DNA of 64,000 bases from Geosiphon pyriformis uo1 (lineage: Eukaryota; Fungi; Glomeromycota): positions 124,001 through 188,000 of the forward strand of contig JAAOMT010000302.1 of assembly GCA_016748015.1 (NCBI GenBank). Reading direction: 5' to 3'. Below the pieces are notes generated by a model that saw only the letters and a list, made by a program, of their open reading frames with translations, searched no databases and was not told the DNA's origin. Made by a program: the position numbers and the translations under genes. Below, piece by piece: positions 50,731 through 62,809 of the stretch (position 1 is the stretch's first letter; the number at the start of each line of letters is the position of its first letter).

Positions 50731-52834
50731 TTAAGGGACAGACATTCTTCTTTCAAGCGATTCCAGTCTAGCCTTCAAGGTACTCAAGACGTCAAAGTAA
50801 CTTTTATCTTCTCCTTCATTTAAGGATGTAGCCGATAAAGGTGGGCTAAAGGCACCGGCTGATGAAAGATGAATATGGCGAGCGTAAGGTGATCCTGAAC
50901 TGCTACTGCCACTGACACTTTCAGCAGTAGATCGATGAGGGTAACCCATATTATGGCTGTTTGTATGAATATCGCTTAGACCTCCATCATGTTCAAGAGG
51001 TGGACTAAGGCTCATCCTGACAACAGTTGAATTCTTCATTTCACCTTCGATCTTGGTAATTCTTTTTTCAAGGGTCATTAAATCTTTGACGACCTCTCGC
51101 TGCATGTCTCTAAAATGACTGTGTACGAGACTCTCAATCATGGTGCCTGAAGTTTGAAGAGTCTGCAACAAAGTGGAAGTTTTTCGAATCTGATCATTTA
51201 GAGTAGACTTCAAATTTCGACTTTCAGCAAGGGTATCATAAAAGGAATCAAATGTATTTATAAAAGATTCCTTATTAATTCGGTCAGCATGTGTTAATTC
51301 GTGCGATTTTGCCATATATGAGGATGATCGTGAACCACCAAAGGGCCGGAATTCAACGTTTTGAGGTGAAATAAGACCATTGATACTTGCATTTGTAGAA
51401 GCCGAATGCAAACTATGGGTTCGATGTGCTGGGTGGTATCCAAAGTCAGAGTTTGATAATCCATTATCAGTACCATTAACTCTCGTCCTAGACTTATTTG
51501 CTATTGTAGGACTAATTGGAGTGGTAATGGAGGAGTTTCGTTTCAAGTTGGATGTATTTGGTGAAAGACTATCATGTGGAGATCCTGAAGTGCTGATGAG
51601 ATTTTGAGCATTATAAGGTGGAGCAAATACACTAAGGTTTCTTGAGTTACGATTATTTCTAGATCTTTGATGAGTTGGTCTCTTGGGTAAAGTGGCTGAA
51701 GAGCTACCCAAATTTTTTCTGTCAACTCCATTTTGTTGTTGCTGTGCTTGTTGTCTTGCTTCAATAATTGCCTTCTGTTGTTCTTTCAACTTTAAAGTAC
51801 TACGAACCTTTTCCATCACTTCAGGGTCATTAGTAACCTTTATGCTGTTGGAAGTGATGGTAGAAACTGCACAACGTCTTCTCTTTCTCATTCTTGAATC
51901 ATCATCAATTAGAGCAGATAAATCGGCAGTGGCCTCATGTGGTGAGAAAGGAGAATGAGATGACCTCGGAAAGTTTTTAGGAGAAACTGGCTTGGAGTTA
52001 TCACTTCCCAAATATGAAGTGGATGGCTCTTGTTTGATTAAAATTTCTCCCCTGAAAATAAAATAAAATAAAAAATGAGTTTCAAATTTTACAATCACTG
52101 AAAATATCTCGCTATTGACTTTGCCAGACTTACCGGTCTGATCTATTAGGGGAAGCAATCGGTTCGACTGGAGAAGCCACTTTTGACCCATATATTTGTT
52201 CATTGCTAGAATTACAATTATCAAGAACTTCCTCCACAGACATTCGCTTTCTTATATTGCCCAAAGCTGGAGGATTGAGGCGGTCAGAAGGTAAAAATTT
52301 ATGATTGGAATTTGTACAGTCTTCCTTTGGAGCAGGCGTAAATGATTCCAAAGGGGATAATGATTTACTTTTGGAGTTACTAGCAATAAACTCAAATTCT
52401 CCCTCAATGAAAGGGACTCGAGTAATTGAAACACTGTTTAATAGGCAATCTGCCATTCCTGAAAGTATTTCTAATTTACTTAATTTGCAAAATTCTGCTA
52501 GCAAATGATTGCCAAGGCGAGTTGCTGTATTGCTCAATGCGTTAGCAGATAGGTAAATATCACCAGACTCTTCATAAAAACAAGAACCTTCAGTGGCAAA
52601 GAATTTTTGTGGTATCTTTCCAGAATTATAAATATATCCAACGCTTGACTCAAAAAATATCCTATCAATGTCCCTCAAACGATAGAAAGGTTTTTGCGTT
52701 CCTTTTATAGTTGAGATCATTTGTGATGATGAATTTTGTTCCAACGATGACATGAAGTTTTCCCAAGGGAAAAGGTATAGACAAAAAGGCTGCTGGTTGG
52801 CGTAAACACCAAGCATTATTCGACTGACTTGCAT
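50731..52834 (-). CDS. Uncharacterised low-complexity / coiled-coil protein, 2 exons
   Basis: GT-AG intron 52133-52052 joins the 239-aa and 497-aa ORFs in frame. NLS-like RMRKRRR; coiled coils VRSTLKLKEQQKAIIEARQQ and LAESRNLKSTLNDQIRK. Start may be 52834 or a later ATG. Confidence 0.8.
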
Positions 52835-53779
52835 GATGTATTTTGCCAAAGGAGGGTATTAGAAAATAGTTGGAATTCGGCGAAATTTAATGGATTAAAG
52901 GGATAGGATATGCTGATAAACAGCGATTTAGTGACGGATAAAAGGGGTGATTTCTAAAAGAAAGGACGAAATTGTGTAGATTTCGACGAGTAAAGAGAAA
53001 TGAATAAAAGGAAATTTATCAGTCGAAAAGGTTGGCGTTTGGTTAAATAAGAAGGCTCAAAAGGAGATTTCCAAAAGAGCCACCACACAGTATGGTAAAA
53101 CTAACCAATAATAGCTGAAGCAGGTGCTCGACTGATAAGTTTACAAACAAAAAAAGAATGTAAGGTATAATAAGAGCGTTTTGATATTGAGTAAGGAAGT
53201 AACAGCGTTTTGTTGAATTGGCTGCCAAAGTCCATTTTCGGCTCCTCAAAAAGTAAATTCTCGTAATCATTCGGGGACTTTGTTCGGACAGTTAATAATC
53301 AGATTAACTGAGGCGTACCACAGTTAATATTATCTTGTGCATCAGGATTTTTATCAGTGTTTCATTTCATGTTGGAATAATGATAACGGATAATATGTTA
53401 TTTTTGGTATTAATGCAAAGACTCCTAAAGGGGGTTTAATGAAAATTGTGAAACTTGCATCACAACTATCCGAAAATTTATTGTAGAATTGAAACACAAA
53501 GGGACATTTAATTTATGCGGAGAAATATTATCAAACAAACTTAGGATTATGATTCAAAACTATATTTGGGTTTTTGAAAAATAGGGAGAAAAGTTGAAGT
53601 TTGATATCAATGAGAAAGCTTACATCATGAAGGCAAAGGGTGATTTCTGAGACAATACTAACGTTAAATTAGTAGAAAAACGTTGCAAACGAAAGATGGG
53701 TAAGGATTTTTGATTCAAAAATATATTTATTGTGAAAAAAAATACTTAAATATTTCTGCAGAATTGATAATTAATATTA

Positions 53780-54960
53780 AAATATGTTTTTAATCTCAGT
53801 CGAGCTTATTGATTTCAAATGAATCTGAATTTTAGCAGAATAAATGGCAATTTGAAACATTGAACCGGGGTTGTTTACTATTTCTTTGTTTTACAAGCAA
53901 AGGATATAAAAATTTAATATACCCAGGAAACACTGCTACATGAAGATCAAGGATCTCCCAAAATATATTTTTTGGAGGAATACCAAGTGAAGGGTATACA
54001 AACGCCGGGATCAATGAAGACTGCATGGAGGGGCTGTCTGCTTAGGTTTTGCGTGCTTGTTTATGTGTCTCATAGACCCAGGAAAACGTCCATTAATTTT
54101 CCCGTCTGTGTATAGGGCCACTTATTGCTTCTGCCCTTTGTTTCGAAGTGGAAAGGCCATACCACGCGTTCATCCTTTTTAAAATTGAAATTTTTGGTCT
54201 TAAATTTGTTTATCGATGTGCATTGACGAAGTGTGAAGCCAAACCTAAGCAGTCTCGTAAGGCATGCCAAGACGGATGACGGCTTTATAAAACTTTTCTT
54301 CCCCCAAAGCCGAAACATCATCAAAAAGAATACGTCTTTGCTGAAATGCCATAGGCTTCAACTATTTCTTTGCTTCTTTAACACAACATCTTTTGTTCCA
54401 CCTCACCACAGTATTAAAGGCAAATCTCTCCAATCCATACATCGCTTCATTAACTGCTTCTGACGGTGGTTGGGATACACCTTGAACAGCAACGTGGGGC
54501 TGATAGTTTCTCGCGAGCATAAATGTTGCCATTGCCTCGGTTTTCATCTTGCATTTTTTGCTTGTTTCGGAGTTCTCATCTATATTTAGCTGTTCGTCTG
54601 CGGATAAAGACGCTGTTAATGGAAAGAATATCTTGGTAGAGTTTGTATTCGTTGGAGGTTTTATCATCGAAAAGAACCACGAGCTTTGCAGAATTGAGGA
54701 AAAGTTGAGGGCAAAGTGGCAGTGACGGTTGTGATGGATAACCACAATTTTCGAGACCACTATACAACTCGTAGGTTGGAATTTGAGAGAAGAGCCGCTT
54801 TTGTCGGCCAAGATCCTCTTTTTTATTGGCACTAGAGACACAGGCATATCTTAGTAGTGGCGGTGTTAATGGCTGCATTTTGGGAAGTTAGTGGGGGAAA
54901 AACGAAAGAGTGTGCAGACAAGTACATGGAGATGGGAGTATTTATTGTCATGAATTTGAA
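53780..54960 (-). mobile_element. Degenerate IS607-type element: TnpA serine recombinase overlapping Fanzor2/TnpB
   Basis: ORF 54576-54878: RYACVSSANKKEDLGRQ...KLVVLFDDKTSNEYKLYQDILSINSVF (TnpA). Downstream frames: TLLFKVYPNHRQKQLMKR / MYGLERFAFN (OrfB HTH), AVFIDPGVCIPFTWYS (RuvC-I), PRFNVSN. Confidence 0.82.
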
Positions 54961-55908
54961 CCTCATATGCATTAATCAGTAGTTGATAAGATCAGTCTCT
55001 GTTTCGGTGTCTATTTCTAAAGGACGAATATATCTTTTGAAATCTATTTTCCAACATTTAAATTTGTGGTGTATAAAAAGGCCCGCCCCAAATATTATTC
55101 CCCTCCCAATACTGAACTCTTTTATAATTTTCAAACTAAATGATAAGCTACTCGCAAAAGCTGATGACTTGGATAATAATAAAAGATTCCTGGAAATTAC
55201 TAATATTATTTTTCGGAATTTGTCAAGGAGATAATACCTATATTTAAAAGAAAAATGTGTCGATGTGGGGGCGGTTTAGAAACAATAGTGATGGTAATTC
55301 AGGAAAAAATATTCAGAAACCCATTACTTGATTCTTAACACCAAAATGCAGTATATTTTATCCCCCAAGTTGAACTCGGGCAAGAAACTGCATTTTAGAG
55401 CAGAGCCCTCATTCCGTTATCAGATCATCAGGCGTTAATTATATTTCTGTCCTCGGATAAAATATTTACTTGATGGAATTTTTTCTACTTTCAAAAACAT
55501 TGTCCGATTTTACGCGATTATTTGGAAGGTAACAAGCGGAGAGATGATAGCGGAGGATTGGATGGAGTTAGATCTCGGATCAAATAACGGATGCTACCCT
55601 AGAAAAGAGCCTTTGACTATGTTTCTCGTAGGAATCTTCCAAGGTAGNNNNNNNNNNNNNNNNNNNNACTTAGGATTATGATTCAAAACTATATTTGGGT
55701 TTTTGAAAAATAGGGAGAAAAGTTGAAGTTTGATATCAATGAGAAAGCTTACATCATGAAGGCAAAGGGTGATTTCTGAGACAATACTAACGTTAAATTA
55801 GTAGAAAAACGTTGCAAACGAAAGATGGGTAAGGATTTTTGATTCAAAAATATATTTATTGTGAAAAAAAATACTTAAATATTTCTGCAGAATTGATAAT
55901 TAATATTA

Positions 55909-57089
55909 AAATATGTTTTTAATCTCAGTCGAGCTTATTGATTTCAAATGAATCTGAATTTTAGCAGAATAAATGGCAATTTGAAACATTGAACCGGGGT
56001 TGTTTACTATTTCTTTGTTTTACAAGCAAAGGATATAAAAATTTAATATACCCAGGAAACACTGCTACATGAAGATCAAGGATCTCCCAAAATATATTTT
56101 TTGGAGGAATACCAAGTGAAGGGTATACAAACGCCGGGATCAATGAAGACTGCATGGAGGGGCTGTCTGCTTAGGTTTTGCGTGCTTGTTTATGTGTCTC
56201 ATAGACCCAGGAAAACGTCCATTAATTTTCCCGTCTGTGTATAGGGCCACTTATTGCTTCTGCCCTTTGTTTCGAAGTGGAAAGGCCATACCACGCGTTC
56301 ATCCTTTTTAAAATTGAAATTTTTGGTCTTAAATTTGTTTATCGATGTGCATTGACGAAGTGTGAAGCCAAACCTAAGCAGTCTCGTAAGGCATGCCAAG
56401 ACGGATGACGGCTTTATAAAACTTTTCTTCCCCCAAAGCCGAAACATCATCAAAAAGAATACGTCTTTGCTGAAATGCCATAGGCTTCAACTATTTCTTT
56501 GCTTCTTTAACACAACATCTTTTGTTCCACCTCACCACAGTATTAAAGGCAAATCTCTCCAATCCATACATCGCTTCATTAACTGCTTCTGACGGTGGTT
56601 GGGATACACCTTGAACAGCAACGTGGGGCTGATAGTTTCTCGCGAGCATAAATGTTGCCATTGCCTCGGTTTTCATCTTGCATTTTTTGCTTGTTTCGGA
56701 GTTCTCATCTATATTTAGCTGTTCGTCTGCGGATAAAGACGCTGTTAATGGAAAGAATATCTTGGTAGAGTTTGTATTCGTTGGAGGTTTTATCATCGAA
56801 AAGAACCACGAGCTTTGCAGAATTGAGGAAAAGTTGAGGGCAAAGTGGCAGTGACGGTTGTGATGGATAACCACAATTTTCGAGACCACTATACAACTCG
56901 TAGGTTGGAATTTGAGAGAAGAGCCGCTTTTGTCGGCCAAGATCCTCTTTTTTATTGGCACTAGAGACACAGGCATATCTTAGTAGTGGCGGTGTTAATG
57001 GCTGCATTTTGGGAAGTTAGTGGGGGAAAAACGAAAGAGTGTGCAGACAAGTACATGGAGATGGGAGTATTTATTGTCATGAATTTGAA
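55909..57089 (-). mobile_element. Duplicate copy of the IS607 TnpA + Fanzor2 element
   Basis: Same sequence at +2129 offset, inside the gap-flanking duplication. Confidence 0.75.
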
Positions 57090-57129
57090 CCTCATATGCA
57101 TTAATCAGTAGTTGATAAGATCAGTCTCT

Positions 57130-58100
57130 GTTTCGGTGTCTATTTCTAAAGGACGAATATATCTTTTGAAATCTATTTTCCAACATTTAAATTTGTGGTG
57201 TATAAAAAGGCCCGCCCCAAATATTATTCCCCTCCCAATACTGAACTCTTTTATAATTTTCAAACTAAATGATAAGCTACTCGCAAAAGCTGATGACTTG
57301 GATAATAATAAAAGATTCCTGGAAATTACTAATATTATTTTTCGGAATTTGTCAAGGAGATAATACCTATATTTAAAAGAAAAATGTGTCGATGTGGGGG
57401 CGGTTTAGAAACAATAGTGATGGTAATTCAGGAAAAAATATTCAGAAACCCATTACTTGATTCTTAACACCAAAATGCAGTATATTTTATCCCCCAAGTT
57501 GAACTCGGGCAAGAAACTGCATTTTAGAGCAGAGCCCTCATTCCGTTATCAGATCATCAGGCGTTAATTATATTTCTGTCCTCGGATAAAATATTTACTT
57601 GATGGAATTTTTTCTACTTTCAAAAACATTGTCCGATTTTACGCGATTATTTGGAAGGTAACAAGCGGAGAGATGATAGCGGAGGATTGGATGGAGTTAG
57701 ATCTCGGATCAAATAACGGATGCTACCCTAGAAAAGAGCCTTTGACTATGTTTCTCGTAGGAATCTTCCAAGGTAGTGTCCCGAACTTGACAACCAATGC
57801 TACAGTAGTTAAAGGAGCTGTCGCGTATGGATTGAATATAGAAACTGTGCGTACACGTACACTCCCACGTTTGGGAATTCGGGAACGGGCAAGGTTTGAA
57901 ATAGCTATAGTTTTGTTTTTGAGAAATTATCTTTCAATTTCATTACAAAATTTGTTATTCCTTCTTTTGTACAAAAGCAGATGGCCCGATCTTTAAGTTT
58001 GAAAAATTCGCTGGACGTGATACGAAATCGAAGTGAATAACCTGGTTTTGAAAAACAAAGATCCACCTATTTCAAAGTATATTATACGCCTATGGCATAC
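57130..58100 (+). pseudogene. Second HSPA12-like pseudogene (5' part duplicated at ~55000-55647)
   Basis: VD-GGG remnant; MIAEDWMELD; PLTMFLVG; VVKGAVAYGLNIETVRTRTL; FKFEKFAGR. Nucleotide similarity to 6361-6425 (GATCAAATAACGGAT..ACCCTA). Confidence 0.7.
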
Positions 58101-58449
58101 GTAAATAGCAGAACGGGTATTATTTAGACTCATTGTGAGGTTTATTTTATATTGATTCTTTTTTGCCCTAGTTGTAAAAGCACGAAATAAACTTTGTGGA
58201 AAATGGATAGTTTTACCAGTTAGAAAATTTAATGGTACAATACGGGCGCATTCTTTACTAATCGAGTATCCTCGCGTGAAAAAACAACTAAATTTTATAT
58301 TCTAAATACTCAGCAAACAAATAAACCAGGAAATATGGTTTCAATGGTGTGATAGCTACCCAGGTCAGAATAAATTTAAATCAATTAGAGTTTTGCAATG
58401 ATTTATTAAGATTTAAAGCCTAGGATTTTTAGCTAAGTATATAAACAAA

Positions 58450-58830
58450 TTTTTTTCATCGATAATTAATTCTTTAAATGCTTTTGTGCACTTTATTCTA
58501 ATCCAATTGACGATTTTATATAAACAGGTCTTCTTACAAAAGCCCTTAAATGTAAAATTATCAGAAGCTGTTAACTAACATCTATTACATTTTAATACAG
58601 AAGTTTTTTATACTATATTAGAATTTAGTTTCTTACATTTGAGAAAGTCGTTCTAGCCGGCTTTTTTACAAAAATGTTTTTATAGGCGCTGCCAGAACCA
58701 AAGAGCAATAAACCATCTGGTGGTAAAAAACACAACATGAACAAACAAAGTGCATCAAAAGTAAGTTTTTCATTGCAATTTGTATAAATAGTAACATTAA
58801 TTTACTAATTCTTCTTTCTTGACAAACAAA
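58450..58830 (-). repeat. Dispersed repeat homologous to 18005-18405; possibly IS607 TnpA relic
   Basis: Same shared blocks as the 18-kb copy. CCVFYHQ could derive from CRVS.HQ by C>T changes. Confidence 0.65.
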
Positions 58831-58899
58831 CAACAAATAAGATTTACACAACAAAATTTTTTTTGCTAAACTTATATTGAATATATTATTAATAATATT

Positions 58900-60850
58900 G
58901 TAAACATATAACATATATTTTTTCGTGTGTATTTTTCTTCAAAAAACATACTCTGAATATTTTAAAAACATTATGAATTTAATATTAAAATACCCTTAAA
59001 ATAGTTTAGATATCATATGTATTTTGCAGATTTTATAAAAAACCATAAAATTTTATGTAAATTTATAACTTGATAATTTAAGCCAAATAATTAATTCTAT
59101 ACTATTGAAATCAATAAAATAATTGTACTTTTATTAAATTTTGTTTTTAGAATTATCAAATTTTTTATTTTTTGTCATGACGACTTTTTTTCTTTTTACT
59201 TTAATTTTACTGCTATTAATAAAGCTGAAATTTTTTTTATTCCAAAAAACTTATTTTCTTTTAATTCAACTTTTTTAATTTTTTTATTACTTTTATCTGA
59301 ATTGTTTTTATTATTTGATAATATAATTAATTTTTTAACTTACCTGATTTTGGTGTATTTTATTCTGTTAAACCAGTTTATAATTGCTTTGGTTTTAGTC
59401 AACCAACTATTTCTAATTAAAATTGCATAAATTATAACTTTAATAATTATAATATTAATTAAAATAACTTTATTTTGCAGATTAATTAATAAATTAATAA
59501 CTTGATCCAATAAACTTTTTTTATAAATTTTATTTATTAATTAAAAATAAATCTTTCATTTTTTTCAATTAATTTTAAAAATGGTTATATTGTTAAAACT
59601 TAATTAAAAATTTTTTTATTACCTTTTATATAACATATTATAACTTTGGTAAATAGTTTATCAAAAATATTGTTACTATTTTAAATATTGTTGACTTATT
59701 TTGGTTTAATTTATTGTTAATAATAAGTTTTTTAGTTAATTTATTAAATTATTAATTAATTATAAAAAATTTTAAAGTTATTTGCTTGGTAATAATTATT
59801 TTTTTTAATAGCCAGTTTTAAATTATATAATTAAAATTATATAACTTAAATAGTTATATTATTTTAAATTTGTAAATAAACTGTTAAATTCAGTTTTTTT
59901 CTTAATATTAGTAAATTGAATTTATTTTTTTTATAACTCAATTGGTTAATTAACATATTTATCTACTAATTTTTAATTTAATGTTATTATAATAATATAA
60001 ATCAAGTAAAAATAACATTTTTAAATATAATATAAGAATTTTATTTTGTAAGCAATATTAACGCCATTAATTTAATAAATATTTAAAAAAATTTCAATTT
60101 TGAATTCAATTTGTATTTAAAATAGTTAAATTTTTGATAATAGCTTCTAATTTTGTTTGTTTAATTCTCTGTTATAAACACCAAAATATTAATTAGTAAT
60201 TTAAGTAGCCAATAATAATTAAATTAAGTGATAATTTATGACTTTTGTTTACATAATAATGAAGAAAATAGTTATTTTGAAAAGTTTTTATAGATTTAAA
60301 TTGATTAAAGCTTGAAAAATTAATAATTAAATATTCTGAATAATAGTTGAAATGATATAGTCTGACTGAAAACTGATAATAAAATAATTTCGACTTATAA
60401 CAGTATAAAAAATTACATAAATATAATATCTGGATAAACCAAAATAAGTCAATTTTGTTATTATTAATCAAAATTATAAAATTAAATTTGTTAGTTAAAA
60501 TAACATATTTAATAAGATAAAAATTAATATTCTTTAATATTCTTTAATATACGTTCAATATTACTTGAATAATTCAAAGTGCTTTAAAAAGTTTATATAA
60601 GAATAAATTAGTAAAATTTAAGATATTATTAAATTATTATAAATTCATAAAAAAACTAAAAAATTAAATTAATTTTATCTATAAATAGTGTTACCAAGTG
60701 AAAATTAAGTTATTAATTAATATAAAATTATCTTTATAATTCGTATTATTTTAATTTATTACTTATTATTAATCAAAATATCAAATTTTAATATCTAATT
60801 AATAATTTAATTTGTACAATACACAAGTATAAATAAATGCAATGATTTAA
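58900..60850. other. Extremely AT-rich block, probably decayed transposon sequence
   Basis: Strongly G/C-depleted with almost no CpG. Similar blocks at ~7.0-8.0, 12.0-12.7, 18.4-19.5, 24.6-25.0, 29.3-30.1 and 34.7-35.3 kb. Confidence 0.6.
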
Positions 60851-60853
60851 TTA

Positions 60854-60985
60854 TACAGTCAAACCTTTATAAAAGAACTCTCTATAAAAAAACAACCTTT
60901 TACAAAGAACATTTTTTTATAGAACCAATTAATTAATTAAAAATTTTCTCTCTATATAAGAACAATTTATAAAAGAACAAAAACA
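60854..60985 (+). mobile_element. Possible pogo/Tigger-like terminal inverted repeat (left end only)
   Basis: TA-CAGTCAAACCTTTATAAAAGAAC followed by iterated TATAA(AA)GAAC subterminal motifs; no partner TIR seen. Confidence 0.4.
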
Positions 60986-61439
60986 TAATTTTATCAAATG
61001 TTTATTCGAAATTTATCTTCATATAAAAATAAATATCATGTGCTAGATGTTAATTGGTAATTAAAAAAGAGTTAGAATGTATTGAATTGATTTTATCTTT
61101 ATTTATTACTTCTAATCTTTATTTTTTGACTGTTCTTTCTCACTTTTTTCAACTCTATTTTATAGGAGAAAGAAAAAAATGCTATTAAAGAAATGAGACA
61201 GATTGAGATGGAAAAGGAATCACAGTAGGAACAAGAGATGTCTGTAAAAAACATTAAATCTAGTATAAAAACATTTGGTTTAAATGATAAAAGAAGAGAG
61301 ATAGCAATTGATAGAGTATATTGTATTAGGTAATGATTCATATATTAAAGGCTTTTAAAAACAAGCTTTAACAAAATATTAAACTCAATTAAACAAACAA
61401 AATCTAATCACTCACTAATCATTTTGGTTTATTTAAGAC

Positions 61440-62560
61440 ACTCTAAACTCTATGGATCAAAGGTTGTATCAATTTGATATCATTCTCAATGAAGACATTT
61501 ATTTAGGCAAGTATGAATACCTTTTTCTTTGCACATGATAATGCAGAAAAGACCAAAAAATGAATAAAGACCACTATTACGAAAGATATGACTGGTGAGT
61601 TGCCAGTATTATAATTTTTAAATAACACTCTTTGATTTCTCTTATACTTAATAGTGCTTTTTTTAATTAACAGATATTACTATATATACTATGAACCATT
61701 GCATATTTTCTCATCTCCACCATTAACAACTATTATTACTATCATCCTACGTGTACCCTTTGATTTCTCTTACACTCGATAGTGCTCTTTTTAATAATCT
61801 AATAATATTGTTGTTTATCTCCATATACAACTTTCGGAAATTTCTATCATCTTATTTCACCACAAACTCCAAATTCAAAATCAAACAAACTGTTAATAAC
61901 TTCACCATGTTTATTAAAACCTGCTGCAAGACCAACAGGATTTGATAGTTTTTTTCCTCAAACCAATGACCTCACAGTTCATCCAATTAGCATCTTTTAA
62001 TCAGTTTAAATGGCACATATAATCGTTTTAATTTGAATTTAGTGGTGATAAAAAAACTCTACATACCTCAACAGCCAATTGTTCATCATCCACCAGCCTA
62101 TTCCTAGCATTCAGCCCCACTTTGTCGACTAAATTACCAATCTATGCATCTGTTCTGTATTAGTGCTGAGGCGTATTAGAAGCATAAACATCTATTTGTG
62201 AACAGTGGCATGTGAATTAAAGGAGTACTCTAAGAAGAATACGAGGAATATTATCCCTGTTGTTTCTAGGATAAAGTTTCGGAGTTTTATTGAAAGGGTT
62301 GATAGTTGATAGTGTGCATCTTATAACTGGAAAAGTTGCCTGGTGGTTCAGGATAGAAGGGGCAAAGTATTGAATGATAAGAGAGTAAGAGCAATAATGT
62401 ACCTAGAATGTGTGTATACAGTTTTAATAGTAACCCATGGAATAATAACATTTTCTTTGGTAAAGTTTTGATGGCTTGATCTAATCACACTTTTTACAGA
62501 TAGTGAAACATCATGATCATTGTATTGATTTTGGATGCCTGTTTCGGAAACAATGGAATG
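61440..62560 (-). pseudogene. URA9: Dihydroorotate dehydrogenase (class 2) pseudogene
   Basis: TEQMHRLVI*STKWGL..RLVDDEQLAVE, intron, KKLSNPVGLAAGFNKHGEVINSLFDFEFG (cf. NPVGLAAGFDKHGE). Stops and frameshifts; introns retained. Confidence 0.75.
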
Positions 62561-62809
62561 TATGTAAACTGCAAAGACCTTTGCCTTTAAATGATTTGAT
62601 GAATTGTCACATTAGGGAATATATAGCATAATAACAGATGTCTTGGTAACCTTTTTATATTCATGTGTCATTCGTAGTTAGCTGAGCATTAAGAGAAGAT
62701 CAGGCGCTTATCACAGGGTTTCACTCATTAATAATTTAATTGAATGTTAAACATAAAATAAATATTCAATATTATAAAAACTATAATATCCTTGATCCCT
62801 TCCTACTTT

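Larger units (their letters stand above)
53539..57776. repeat. Apparently identical 2109-bp tandem duplication across a 20-N gap (probable assembly overlap)
   Basis: 53539-55647 recurs at 55668-57776 (offset 2129); the ORF translations are identical in both copies. Confidence 0.92.

Noticed and set aside
53539-57776. 2.1-kb tandem duplication as a biological amplification
   Set aside because: The copies appear identical and abut a 20-N scaffold gap, the usual signature of unmerged contig overlap.
60193-61341. F/L/I/K/N-rich ORFs in AT blocks (also 18909, 29407, 34761, 40733)
   Set aside because: Composition-driven chance ORFs.
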